Of a stretch of 64,000 nt of DNA, positions 53,215-63,254 are shown one piece after another. Within the stretch, counting starts at the first letter, position 1. Every line of letters starts with the position of its first letter. The stretch is from Candidatus Latescibacterota bacterium. GTDB taxonomy: Bacteria; Latescibacterota; UBA2968; UBA8231. The position numbers and the translations under genes are program-made. The stretch lies in contig CBDCXV010000011.1 of NCBI GenBank assembly GCA_965223905.1, forward strand, positions 832,001 through 896,000. Reading direction: 5' to 3'. The notes under the pieces were generated by a model that had not been told where the DNA came from, ran no database searches, and was given only the letters and a program-made list of their open reading frames with translations.

Positions 53215-53526
53215 ATGCAGACCGGATACGACAGAGACCGTCGAGGGCTCGCGAATCTCGCGGTGTTCTGCTTTGCCGCCCTGCTGATCGGGCTTTTCCT
53301 CACTCTCCCGTCCAGCCATCAGCTGTTCCACGCAGGATCGACGGAGCCGGAAAACTGCCCGGTCCGCATGCTCGAGAGCAGCCTTGTGCTGCTCGTCGGC
53401 GTCATCCTTGCAACCGCCCTCCTGCTCGCCGGACCCCGCACCAGCCACGAGGTCATCTGGTCCGTCCCGCTGCCGCTTTTCTTCCGCGGCTATTCTTTCG
53501 GGAATCGCGCCCCACCCCGCACCTGA
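53215..53526 (+). CDS. DUF2946/CruR-like leader protein with C-terminal RAPP arrest motif
   Basis: TM segment, HQLFH..ENCPV, second hydrophobic stretch, ends GNRAPPRT*; lies upstream of a TonB receptor operon. Confidence 0.7.
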   Translation: MQTGYDRDRRGLANLAVFCFAALLIGLFLTLPSSHQLFHAGSTEPENCPVRMLESSLVLLVGVILATALLLAGPRTSHEVIWSVPLPLFFRGYSFGNRAPPRT

Positions 53527-53749
53527 GCATCCGCACTCGCCTCACGTAGTCCTTCCCGCCATCCGGACGCCTCGGCCCAAGGGCTCGGCGCCCATCTGGA
53601 TCGGCGGTGTGCGGATGCGTTCTCCCTATCCCGGTCCGCCCAAGAACAAGCGGCAGGCCCACTGCCCCCTGCCTGTTCCGACCGGTATCACATTGATCAC
53701 AATCCCCGGGACCTCGGGTCACAGGGACATCAATCTGGAGAACCGTACC

Positions 53750-54265
53750 ATGCTCAAGATCATCTCGACAGCAGCACCAATTCTCCTGTCACTGCTCCTT
53801 GCCGGCTGTGGCGACGACGACAATCCCGTAGACCCCCATGAGGGGGAAGAGCACGCCGAGGCGTTCGGCTTGGTAATCCTCGGCAGCGGCGAGGAGCTCG
53901 TCCGCTTCGAGAACGGCGAGGTAGAGGGGGACATCGAAGTCGGGCACGGCCTGGAAACCTCCCTGCTGTCCGTGCGCTTCATCGACGAGGACGGCGACCA
54001 GTTCGTCCCGGACGCGGACGACGGCTATGCCCTGGATTGGGAAATCGCCGACGAGAGCATCGCCGAAGTCGAGCAGCACGAGGAAGACGGCCCCTGGGCC
54101 TTCCACATCGCCGGTCTGGAAGAAGGGCAGACCACCCTGGTGGTCAAGCTGAACCACAACGACCACGACGACTTCGTCTCGAAGGATATCGAAATCCACG
54201 TCGAAGAAGGGGGTCCGGGCTTCGAGGACTCCCACGCCGACGAGGATCACGACGAGGAAGGCTAG
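53750..54265 (+). CDS. His/acid-rich lipoprotein
   Basis: Lipobox LLAGC; PHEGEEHAE, HNDHDDF, HADEDHDEE. Confidence 0.82.
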   Translation: MLKIISTAAPILLSLLLAGCGDDDNPVDPHEGEEHAEAFGLVILGSGEELVRFENGEVEGDIEVGHGLETSLLSVRFIDEDGDQFVPDADDGYALDWEIADESIAEVEQHEEDGPWAFHIAGLEEGQTTLVVKLNHNDHDDFVSKDIEIHVEEGGPGFEDSHADEDHDEEG

Positions 54266-54271
54266 GAAGGG

Positions 54272-56476
54272 TTGATCCTCCGAGCGTTTGCTGTTGCGGC
54301 ATGCCTGCCGGCAGCGCCCTTGTACGCCGCTGCAACAGGGGCGCTCGCCGGGCACGTCGTAGACGCCGACAGCGGTGAACCTGTAGCCTGGGCCACCGTG
54401 GCTATCGAGGGGATCAACCATGGCCGCGTCAGCGACAGCAATGGATACTTTCTCTTCCCCGCCCTGACCCCGGGTGCATACATCCTGCAGACGCTGCACC
54501 TCGGGTACCGCGACGCCCGGTTCGAGGTGCGGGTCGAGCAGGGGGACACCACCCACGTCGATCTCAAGATCGGCCATGAAGCCCTGCACATGGATGAGAC
54601 CGTTGTCGAGGACGAGCACGAGCGGCCGGTTTCCCCGCTTCACAAACCGGAAGTCGTTTTCAGCGGCAGCAAGCTCCGTCAGAATCTCAGCCGCACCATC
54701 GCCGGGACCATCGACTACGAGCCCGGCGTGGCGCAACGCACCATGGGCCCGGCGCCCGCCCGTCCCGTAATGCGCGGACTGAGCGGCGACCGCCTGCTCG
54801 TGCTCGAGGACGGGGAGCGCACCGGCGATCTGTCGGCGTCGTCGTCGGACCACGCGGTGGCGATCGAACCAATGACCACCGAGCGCATCGAGGTGGTGCG
54901 GGGCCCGGGAACCCTGCTGTACGGTTCCAACGCGTTGGGAGGAGTCGTCAACGTCGTCCGCGGATACGTTCCTTCCGAACAGCCGCAGAAGCGAAGCGGT
55001 TCCTTCGCCTGGCAGGGGGAAAGCGTCACCGGCGGCCTTTCCGCCGGACTGGTATTCGAACAGCCGCTGGGACCGCTCGCCCTGCGTTTCGACAGCAGCC
55101 TGCGCCAAGCCGGGGATGTCTCGACCCCGCGAGGCACCCTTGCCAACACGGACATCCGCACCGGCAACGGATCGCTGGGAGTCAGCCTGGTGCGGCCGTG
55201 GGGCCACCTCGGCTTCTCCGGCAGCCTCTACGATTCCGAGTACGGCATCCCTCCCGACCCGATCGGCTCTCATCCGTCGGGGGTGTCGATCCTGCTCGAA
55301 CGCCAGCACCTGGAAACGCGCGCCGAGCTTCTTGCGGTTTCCGACCGGATCAGGCAGCTCGAGCTGCACCACACCTTCTCCCGCTACCAGCACGGCGAGT
55401 TCGAGGCCAGCGGATCGTTGGGAATGGAGTTCGGTGTCCTGACCCACCATCTCGCGAGCCTCGCCCGCCTGAACCCGGTGGGTCCTTTCGAGAACGGCGC
55501 CGCCGGGGTTTGGTATGAATACCGCAACTACGCCGCCGCCGGCCTCAACTTCACACCTCCGGCCACCGAGTACGCCGCCGCCTGCTTCACCTACCAGGAA
55601 TGGGAAAGCGGTTCCTGGGCCGCTAACGGGGCCGTGCGGTTAGACGTGCGCCGCGTTCAGCCGCGGGAGGAGCGGGATTCCCGGATGGTCGGCCGCATAC
55701 AGCGGCGGGACTTCGCGGGATTGTCGGGCGGCCTGTCCGCTCACTACCGCCCCATGGAAGCTTTGACCCTCGGCACTACCCTGATGCGCACCTTCCGGGC
55801 CCCGGGGATCGAAGAGCTGTTTTCCGAGGGGCCGCACCTGGCCGCCTACTCCTACGAAGTCGGCAACGGCTCCCTCGACAGCGAGCGCGGACGGGGGATC
55901 GAGCTTTTCGCCGACTACCACCACCCTCGGGGGCATCTCCACCTCGCCGTCTTCCGCAACGACATCGACGGCTTCATCTTCCCCAGAAACACCGGCGTGC
56001 TCAGTCAGCGGCGCGCCGACCTGTTCCTGTACCGGACGGTCGGGGAGCGCGCCCGCATGCTGGGCGCCGAGGTCGCCCTCGACTGGGACCTGTCGCGGAG
56101 CTGGAAAACCGCTGTCACCGCGAGCCAGGTGCGTGGTGTATTGAGTGACAGCGGAGACGAGCCGCTCCCCCGCCTTCCTCCGCTGCAGGGCCGCTTCAGC
56201 CTGACCGGCGAGAAGGAATCCCTGAGCGGCACGGTCGCGCTTCGCCTCGCCGCGGCCCAGAACCGTACCGGTGAATTCGAGGAACCGACCGACGGCTACG
56301 CCGTGCTCGATCTGTCCGGGCAATACCTCGTCCATTGGCGGGGGCGTCTGCACGCCTTTTCGGCGACCCTGGAAAACGCCACAAACGCGGTCTATCGCAG
56401 ACACCTCAACCGGGTCAAGGAGATCCTGCCCGAGCCTGGCCGCAACCTGCGGGTGCTGCACAAGCTGTATTTCTGA
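54272..56476 (+). CDS. TonB-dependent receptor, ZnuD-like metal uptake
   Basis: ARPVMRGLSGDR..DHAV, RGPGTLLYGSNALGGVVN, RAPGIEELFSEGPH, C-terminal F. Confidence 0.92.
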   Translation: MILRAFAVAACLPAAPLYAAATGALAGHVVDADSGEPVAWATVAIEGINHGRVSDSNGYFLFPALTPGAYILQTLHLGYRDARFEVRVEQGDTTHVDLKIGHEALHMDETVVEDEHERPVSPLHKPEVVFSGSKLRQNLSRTIAGTIDYEPGVAQRTMGPAPARPVMRGLSGDRLLVLEDGERTGDLSASSSDHAVAIEPMTTERIEVVRGPGTLLYGSNALGGVVNVVRGYVPSEQPQKRSGSFAWQGESVTGGLSAGLVFEQPLGPLALRFDSSLRQAGDVSTPRGTLANTDIRTGNGSLGVSLVRPWGHLGFSGSLYDSEYGIPPDPIGSHPSGVSILLERQHLETRAELLAVSDRIRQLELHHTFSRYQHGEFEASGSLGMEFGVLTHHLASLARLNPVGPFENGAAGVWYEYRNYAAAGLNFTPPATEYAAACFTYQEWESGSWAANGAVRLDVRRVQPREERDSRMVGRIQRRDFAGLSGGLSAHYRPMEALTLGTTLMRTFRAPGIEELFSEGPHLAAYSYEVGNGSLDSERGRGIELFADYHHPRGHLHLAVFRNDIDGFIFPRNTGVLSQRRADLFLYRTVGERARMLGAEVALDWDLSRSWKTAVTASQVRGVLSDSGDEPLPRLPPLQGRFSLTGEKESLSGTVALRLAAAQNRTGEFEEPTDGYAVLDLSGQYLVHWRGRLHAFSATLENATNAVYRRHLNRVKEILPEPGRNLRVLHKLYF

Positions 56477-56506
56477 AACCGGCGGCCAAATCCGCCGCGG
56501 GCAGGA

Positions 56507-57445
56507 TCAACCCCTGACGATCGGATTGGACGAGAAGCAGAGCAAGGGACCTGAGGGTCGGAGACAACTCTTTCGCCTTTCCGCGGTGACCGTCGGCCGG
56601 AGGTCCGACCACCCCTTTATCCAGGAGCGGGAGAAGTAGCAGAGCACGGCCCGCCGGGCGCGGTCGGTCCTGTTCGGACCGGGCCTTTGCCAGGTGCTCG
56701 ACAACCAGATCGCCATCGAACCGGCGGGACCGGTAACGGCCTACCTCCCCGTCGAGCGGCTGGCGACCCATGGGGCCTTCTTGCGGCTCTTGTGGCTGCC
56801 CGGCACCACCCGTGTGGCCCCGTTCTCGGGGGTGAACCGTCGACCATCCAGACGATCTGCGTCGTCAGCGCGAATTCAGGCAACGGCTCGGGCAGCTGGC
56901 CCGGGGTTACGTCGACGTGCCAGGCGCCTCCATCGGTGTGGGGACCTATGCTGTTGCCACCGACGTCGGCGAGCACGCAATCCTCGTTCAGGACACCCCG
57001 GGCCAGCTTCAGCAGCACCGGGGCTTCGGCGAGGCGGGCGAAGATCGGGGCACGGGTCGCCAGCTCATGGAGGTACACCGTACGGCCGCCGTCCTCGATT
57101 GCAGGCCGGTGAAGGAAGTTCTTCAGCACCTTTGCGACCGGCAGGGGGAACGGCGTATCGTAGTTCTCGTGGCGGTATGCCGTACCAGACGCATGATGCG
57201 TCCGTACTCCTCCTCGGGACAGGTCGGGTAGGAGCTGCGGAAGAACGCCTCGATCTCCGCGTCGTCAGGGTGGGACGGAGCGGAATCGCCGGGATCCCAG
57301 GGGTCGTTCAGCGCCTGTTCGATCTCGCGGTCGGTCTCCGCTTGGAGCTCGGCCAGCTCCGCTTCCTCGAGCAGGCCTTCGACCACGGTGTATCCGGATT
57401 CCCGAGTTCATGCAAATGGCGGTCGATGTCGATTGAATCGATCAT
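56507..57445 (-). pseudogene. PhyH family dioxygenase, multiply frameshifted
   Basis: MIDSIDIDRHLHEL / ESGYTVVEGLL / WHVD / NRTDRARRAVLCYFSRSWIK in different frames; distal His replaced (TWQ). Confidence 0.75.
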
Positions 57446-57604
57446 ACTTGCATCTTGGGAAGACCGCAGGTTTACAGAAGATCCGACCCATCGGTAGGCT
57501 GCCCTCCCGCTGGAACAAATTTATGGGAGGTATGTCTCCCTCTCGGCCTCCATGCGCACGAGGTTTCATCCACATCTTCGAATCGCACATCCACTGCCAT
57601 GGAA

Positions 57605-60600
57605 CTACTCCTTTGGCAAAGACTGGGAAGCTCGAAGCGCCGCCGTGTTCCGGCCAGCGGTCAGGTACTCCTCCCGCACCTCCGGAGGCAGGGTTCGCCA
57701 CACCAGAAAACGCTTGCGCAGCACGTCTAGAAAACCGGTGTTGAGCCGCCTCCACGAAGCCATGTCCCCGCTGATCCGCTGCAGGTGGATCTCGATCCGA
57801 TAGATCCCGGCAATATCCTCGGTGGGGACCATGCGCAGGGATACCTGCTGACTCACTCCCAGATCATAGGGCGCCAGCCAGACCATCAACTCGAGGCCGT
57901 AGTCCGGCTCTCCGGCAGCTCCGTCAAGGCGTAATTCCACGGTTTCGGTCATGAAATCGCCGACTGATCCTTCCCCATAGGACGAGAATACTCTGTGCAG
58001 ATAGCTGCATATCCCCACCGCGTCGCCGGCGCTGATCGCAAAAGGGAAATCGAAGTGCCAGTCATCCCCTTCGGGCTCTGGGAAGTGCCATCGCCGCGTC
58101 ACGTCGGGAACGGACATGGCGGCGGCTCTGCGCGCCGGGTACAGGGTTGAGATGACCACCACGCCCATGACTATACCCGTGGTGGAAATAGCCGAGAGAG
58201 ACGAATAGTTCAGAAACATGCCCCCCAGCAACCCGTAACGCGCCAGGGTCAGACTCACAGTCTGACCCACCAGGTAGCCGAAGACCGCTCCCACCGTGGC
58301 AAAGACCAGGGCTTCGGCGATAAACAGCGCGGCGATGTGATTGGGAGCCAGGCCCACGGAACTGTAGATCCCAATCTCCCGGTCGCGCTCGTACACCGCC
58401 CCCAGCATAGTATTGAGCACGATTAAGGCGGCGATGAGGAGTGGCACAAACAGGTTGCCCATCCCGGAAAGGGCAGCAGCGCCCATCGAGGTGTAGACCC
58501 GCACCCTTTCTCCCTCGCCCACAAAGAGCGGCACGGCCACGCGCGAGACAAACTCTTCGACCCGGTTGAGCATTGCGTTGGGTTCGGCAAAGCCCGCAAT
58601 GGCGATCGAGCGCAGGCTACCTCCCATGTCCACAACCTGCCGGTAGGGGAGCAGGACCACGTTGTTGGCCATCAAGTGCGCGAAGGATTCGATCGCGGCG
58701 CTATCCATCAGGCGGGGGTCCAGCTCGGCCATTTCCGCCATTTTCTGGGCTTCGGCCACCGTATCCACCGGCATTGGACTCTCGTTATCCAGATCGCGCA
58801 ATCTATCCGCTGCATCGCCGTCGAAAAGACCGATGACCCGATAGGCTCGCCCGAGGAGCCACACATCGGTCTGGCCCACCTCCGTGGGGTCTATGCCCAG
58901 GATCGAGGCCATGGCCTGCGGCAGGATGCACACAGTGTCCTCGCCGGGGAGAAACCAGCGACTCTGGACGCCTGTCAGCAGGCTGTCGATCCCCATCGTC
59001 CTATCTTCGGGCGTCAGTCCCAAGAACCCATTAGCAAAGCTGGCAAACGATCGGCCTGCTTCTTTTCGCTCCAGGTCGATGTAGGCCCGTTCTCCGATGA
59101 CCGGAGAGATATACCACGAGCGCGGCATTACCCGAGCGATCGCCCCGAAGGCGCTGCGGGCGTAGTCCAGAACGGATAGCTGCAGGCCTTTCCAGCCGGG
59201 ATCGCGCAGCAACACGCCCTGGTAGGAAGGGGTGTTCGGGCGCGGGATCTGGTAAAACTTCAGGTAGCTCTGCACCGAGGTGAAAGCCTGGGCGGTAAAG
59301 GTCAACAGGGTCAGTGTGACAACGGTGAGCAAGGTGCGCAGCTTGCGCTTGCGCAGATTGGAAATTCCCAGGGTTACGGCTGCAGCGGTGGCGCTCAGCC
59401 GTCCGATATCGGTTTCATGGACCCCTGCGGCCGCCCGCTTGCGGCTGCCCACGGCACGGATGAATCGCCCCAGAATCATGAACAGGGCGATGCTGCCGAT
59501 CGCGAAAATGACAAAGGCCAGGAAGATGATATAAGGAGAGGTGCTCAACTTGAAGGCCGGATGGATAAACCGCATGATCAGGAAAATGGCGGCAAAAAAT
59601 CCGGCCGCTCCCGCGACCTGTCGACGCACATCGGCAAATCCAAAAAAGAGGCGCTCGCAGAAGAACGAAAACGGCAACAGGAGCGCAAAGTAGAAGATCA
59701 CTCCGTAGACCGTGTCGTCGGCTGTGGCCTTTACGTTCGGGTATCCCCTCGCCTCCAGTCCCCAGGCTTTGCGAGTGGCTGCCTTGAACCCGCTGTACTC
59801 CTGTTTTTCGAGGTGGACGCGGGCTTGCTGCAGCGCCATCCGGGCCTCTTCGTGCAGGTGCGCGAACTTCTGGTTGTGGATCCCATAGCGGGCCAATTGT
59901 TTGATGCGGATATCGTCCAGAATCCACATGTCCCGGGCAGCCGCATAAGACGGCCACAAAACTCTGCCTTGGTCCACCGCGTATCCCCTGCCATGAGCTT
60001 GCCCGAGCACATCTTCGTCGATGTCCTGCGGCTGGACCGGATGCTCCAACCAGGCCTCGGGTGTATTGCTCAGCAGGTACCTCACCCCGAACAGGCTAGT
60101 ACTCATTAGGATCTTCGCCCGGGTGTGGGGCTTGGCATAGACCACCGCGGCTAGAGTGACCTTGCCTTCCTCATCGCGCTGGTTTTCGACGTAATCCGCC
60201 CCCCAGGACTGGGGTACGCCGTCCCGCTCATCCAGCACTTTCACATAGTCCAGAACCGAGAGATAGCGCGAGTCGACGATCTCGAAAAGGCTCAGAGCTC
60301 GACATTTGAACAAGACCTGCAGCATCTCGTTCTCCCACCAGCCCCAGGCATGCTGCATAGGATAGGTTTCGTCCCCTTCCGGCCCCATGTCCGGAGCCGA
60401 AACGATTTCACCCCAGGGATCGATTTCATAGGCCCTGATGGTGTTGCTCAACCTGTTTCGCATGATGTCGAAGTGAAAACGACCTTCGGTGTCCGCCTGC
60501 TGGACGATCAGGGTGCGCACCCCGCCGACACTGTTGGGGCCCAATTGCTGGTAGGTCACTAACGCCCGGGGTACCGGGGCCTTGGGGACAGCGAAATTCA

Positions 60601-62224
60601 CCTCCCGGTCAAACCAGTAGATCCCTCCTCCCAAACTGTGCCCGTAGTCTTCCAGTTCCAACTTGGTAGGCTTGAGCAGATCCGCATCCCGGACAGCCCA
60701 CAGGACCATGCCGGCAAGCGTCTCAATCTGTCGGGTCAAGTTGACCAGATCCACCTTCGCCGGTTCGTCCAGCGGTGTATCGACCCACCAACGCACATCG
60801 TTGGGAGTGGCCACCGCCAGGGCTTTTTGGCCTACAAAGGAGGCCGCCTCGCTGGCAAAGGCCAGGGGAGTGGGCATGTAATTCTTCCAAGTGCGCTTGG
60901 CCGGTGCCACCCCTTCGAGGTGGCGCGTGGTGTCCGCGAAGATCTCCTCTACGGCCAGGCTCAGACGCCTGGAGTAGGACGTCAGCATGTACTTGACATA
61001 ATTGTCCGTCTTCCACGTGGGATTGTAGAAGGTGCCCATGCCGAAAGTCGCGGTCCGGCTGTTGTGGCTCGACAAATCCAGGGAGAGCATCAAATCAAAG
61101 TCAATGCGCTCCCTTGCGGGTATGCGCTCGCGAAAATATTCGCTGCGCCGGCTGTGGCGGTAGAGGAAATCGTTGATCCCGGCCAGGCCTTCGAAATGCC
61201 CCGAAGTAGCCAGAAATAGCACCGAGTAGTAGGGACGGTAGCGCTGGAGAATCTCTGCGAGTTGCAGCAAGGCGACAATACCCGCGGCGCTCTCCGCCCC
61301 GGGAGCGAGAGCGGGCACCACGGAAATGGCGTCGTAGTAGGCCTGGAGAACGATGACCTGGTCTTTCCAATCCTGCGGTCTCTCGCGACTCTTGACCGGC
61401 AGCGGCGCTTCCCTTCCTGGTAGCCACCCGTAGATATTGCGGGCTTCCACCGCCTCCCAGTCCATCCGGGCCTTCAGGTTCACCTGGACCGGCCCCTGGC
61501 TGGAGCTGGCCAGCAGATCCTCGGCATCCTCCCGCTCGATCCAGAAGCGCGGAATATCGACGGATACCTTCAGGAATTTGTCCGCTGCCTGCTCCCGACT
61601 GACGAATCCATTATCAAAAAAGATGATGGCCTGGGCGCCCAGAGCAACTGGATTCAGGTAATTCTGGCCGCTGTCGAAGTCGAGCAGGACAATGCTGCCT
61701 TCCACCGGTTGCCCATCCAGTTCCTCCAGATCTCCCCTGCCGCCGTGGATCAGGGGGCCGCGCACCCCGCCCTGCGGTAGCGCAGGAGTGCGCACGCCGT
61801 TGGGCCACAAGCAGTAGAGTTTTTTTGACTCACCTCCTTCCACCACCAGTTCGGCCCCCCGGTCCAGGGGTACGGTCACCTCGAAGGTATCGGTGCGAAC
61901 ACCCTCCAAGCCCAATTCCTCGAAGCGCCTCCGGATGTAGTCGTAGGCCCGCTCAGCGCCTAGATAGCCCGGCACCCGAGAGTCCCAAGCGGCAAAAAGC
62001 TGGATCTGGCCTTCGATCTCGTCCCGGGAAATTCCAGCGGCTGCCAGGGCGCGGATTTCCCGCGCGCTATGCGCGGGCACGAGACGGGCTTCTTTGGGCT
62101 TGGGCGGGGTCCAGCCGAAGAGGGGGATTACCGCCTGGTTGATCTGAGCCGGGTCGAACACCCCTACCGCCGCGATCATCCCCAGAGCCAAGCTCAGGAA
62201 TAGAAGGCCTAAGACCTTGGACAT
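57605..62224 (-). CDS. ~1539-aa membrane protein: PA + M28-peptidase-like ectodomain fused to an FtsX/MacB-like permease
   Basis: SRVPGYLG..A..YI, PA-like GSIVLLDFDS, QAYYD..APGAE..G, SNLRKRKLRTLLT, VYERDREIGIYSSVGLAP. Confidence 0.85.
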   Translation of the reverse strand: MSKVLGLLFLSLALGMIAAVGVFDPAQINQAVIPLFGWTPPKPKEARLVPAHSAREIRALAAAGISRDEIEGQIQLFAAWDSRVPGYLGAERAYDYIRRRFEELGLEGVRTDTFEVTVPLDRGAELVVEGGESKKLYCLWPNGVRTPALPQGGVRGPLIHGGRGDLEELDGQPVEGSIVLLDFDSGQNYLNPVALGAQAIIFFDNGFVSREQAADKFLKVSVDIPRFWIEREDAEDLLASSSQGPVQVNLKARMDWEAVEARNIYGWLPGREAPLPVKSRERPQDWKDQVIVLQAYYDAISVVPALAPGAESAAGIVALLQLAEILQRYRPYYSVLFLATSGHFEGLAGINDFLYRHSRRSEYFRERIPARERIDFDLMLSLDLSSHNSRTATFGMGTFYNPTWKTDNYVKYMLTSYSRRLSLAVEEIFADTTRHLEGVAPAKRTWKNYMPTPLAFASEAASFVGQKALAVATPNDVRWWVDTPLDEPAKVDLVNLTRQIETLAGMVLWAVRDADLLKPTKLELEDYGHSLGGGIYWFDREVNFAVPKAPVPRALVTYQQLGPNSVGGVRTLIVQQADTEGRFHFDIMRNRLSNTIRAYEIDPWGEIVSAPDMGPEGDETYPMQHAWGWWENEMLQVLFKCRALSLFEIVDSRYLSVLDYVKVLDERDGVPQSWGADYVENQRDEEGKVTLAAVVYAKPHTRAKILMSTSLFGVRYLLSNTPEAWLEHPVQPQDIDEDVLGQAHGRGYAVDQGRVLWPSYAAARDMWILDDIRIKQLARYGIHNQKFAHLHEEARMALQQARVHLEKQEYSGFKAATRKAWGLEARGYPNVKATADDTVYGVIFYFALLLPFSFFCERLFFGFADVRRQVAGAAGFFAAIFLIMRFIHPAFKLSTSPYIIFLAFVIFAIGSIALFMILGRFIRAVGSRKRAAAGVHETDIGRLSATAAAVTLGISNLRKRKLRTLLTVVTLTLLTFTAQAFTSVQSYLKFYQIPRPNTPSYQGVLLRDPGWKGLQLSVLDYARSAFGAIARVMPRSWYISPVIGERAYIDLERKEAGRSFASFANGFLGLTPEDRTMGIDSLLTGVQSRWFLPGEDTVCILPQAMASILGIDPTEVGQTDVWLLGRAYRVIGLFDGDAADRLRDLDNESPMPVDTVAEAQKMAEMAELDPRLMDSAAIESFAHLMANNVVLLPYRQVVDMGGSLRSIAIAGFAEPNAMLNRVEEFVSRVAVPLFVGEGERVRVYTSMGAAALSGMGNLFVPLLIAALIVLNTMLGAVYERDREIGIYSSVGLAPNHIAALFIAEALVFATVGAVFGYLVGQTVSLTLARYGLLGGMFLNYSSLSAISTTGIVMGVVVISTLYPARRAAAMSVPDVTRRWHFPEPEGDDWHFDFPFAISAGDAVGICSYLHRVFSSYGEGSVGDFMTETVELRLDGAAGEPDYGLELMVWLAPYDLGVSQQVSLRMVPTEDIAGIYRIEIHLQRISGDMASWRRLNTGFLDVLRKRFLVWRTLPPEVREEYLTAGRNTAALRASQSLPKE

Positions 62225-62235
62225 AGATGTGGGAA

Positions 62236-63114
62236 TCAGGCGTCTGGCCAGCGAAACATTTTCCTCGGCCGCGCGTCGGCTCTGGCTTCGTCCCAGGATC
62301 TGATCCAGGTCGCGTGATCCGGCAGGGGATTTTCGCGGCTGCGCACCAGCAAACCGGGGAGAGGCCGGCCCGATGGCTTGCGCGCATCGTGCCAGCGCAG
62401 GTCCAGACTCCAGCGCACCGCATCCGTGCGATTGGGCTGCGATCCGTGTGGGGTCCGGCAGTGGATGAAGATCAGGTCGCCTTTTCTCAATGACAGGGTA
62501 AGGGGTTCCCCTTCGGGCAGACATTCATCGGCAAGTCCCCAGCCGGAGATACATTTCACATGACGCCTGATTTCGCCTCTGTGCAGCCCGGGATAGACCT
62601 GCAGGGTCCCGTTTTCCGGCGTCGAGTCCACTAGGGGAATCCACGTAGTTATTACCAAGGTGTCATCCGCCTCCGGCAACAGCACGGCTGCGTCCTGGTG
62701 AAACGGGGATTCCTGGATCCAGTCGGTGGACACATCCTCCTCGGGGAGCTTGGGGCGCACGTGGTGGGTCGGGTTGCAGTAGATCTCGGGCCCGAGGAGG
62801 CCTTCGAGCATGTCCAGGAGGTTCTCGTTGTGGAGAAAATCGAAGAGGGGAGGGCGCAGGTTGGCCGGCAGGGAGACCCTGCCCTGCAGCGAGGAACCGG
62901 TTGCCCTGCTCAGGCAAGAGATGCGCCGTTCAAAAGGTTCGTCTTGGTACAGGTCGGCGATTTTACCCTCGGCATGGAGTTCCTGAGCCACCTCGCCTAC
63001 GAGAGCGTCCAGATCCTCGATCAGAGGCTCCAGGTCTTCGTCTCCCAAGCCCCCTTGCACCACCAGACAACCATCTGCGTGAAAGGCCTCTATTTGTCCC
63101 TGTGTTAGTCTCAT
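62236..63114 (-). CDS. PhyH family dioxygenase (paralog of 15055-15924)
   Basis: AAGGAGG RBS, FHQD, WIPLVDSTPENGTL, TPHGSQPN..RWSLDLRW. Confidence 0.92.
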   Translation of the reverse strand: MRLTQGQIEAFHADGCLVVQGGLGDEDLEPLIEDLDALVGEVAQELHAEGKIADLYQDEPFERRISCLSRATGSSLQGRVSLPANLRPPLFDFLHNENLLDMLEGLLGPEIYCNPTHHVRPKLPEEDVSTDWIQESPFHQDAAVLLPEADDTLVITTWIPLVDSTPENGTLQVYPGLHRGEIRRHVKCISGWGLADECLPEGEPLTLSLRKGDLIFIHCRTPHGSQPNRTDAVRWSLDLRWHDARKPSGRPLPGLLVRSRENPLPDHATWIRSWDEARADARPRKMFRWPDA

Positions 63115-63254
63115 GAGAAACACCTCCTTATCAGGCGTGCGAGCCGCTTGCGGAACAGCCCAGCAAGAGAAGAATTAATAAAGGATATACTCCATACCGC
63201 TACAGGCCGATCTCGCATCCGGACATATTGCCGGCCGGCCATCGACACGGCTTC

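Noticed and set aside
53527-53749. Possible cobalamin riboswitch before the TonB receptor operon
   Set aside because: No GGGAA/B12-box core; the RAPP leader explains the regulation better.
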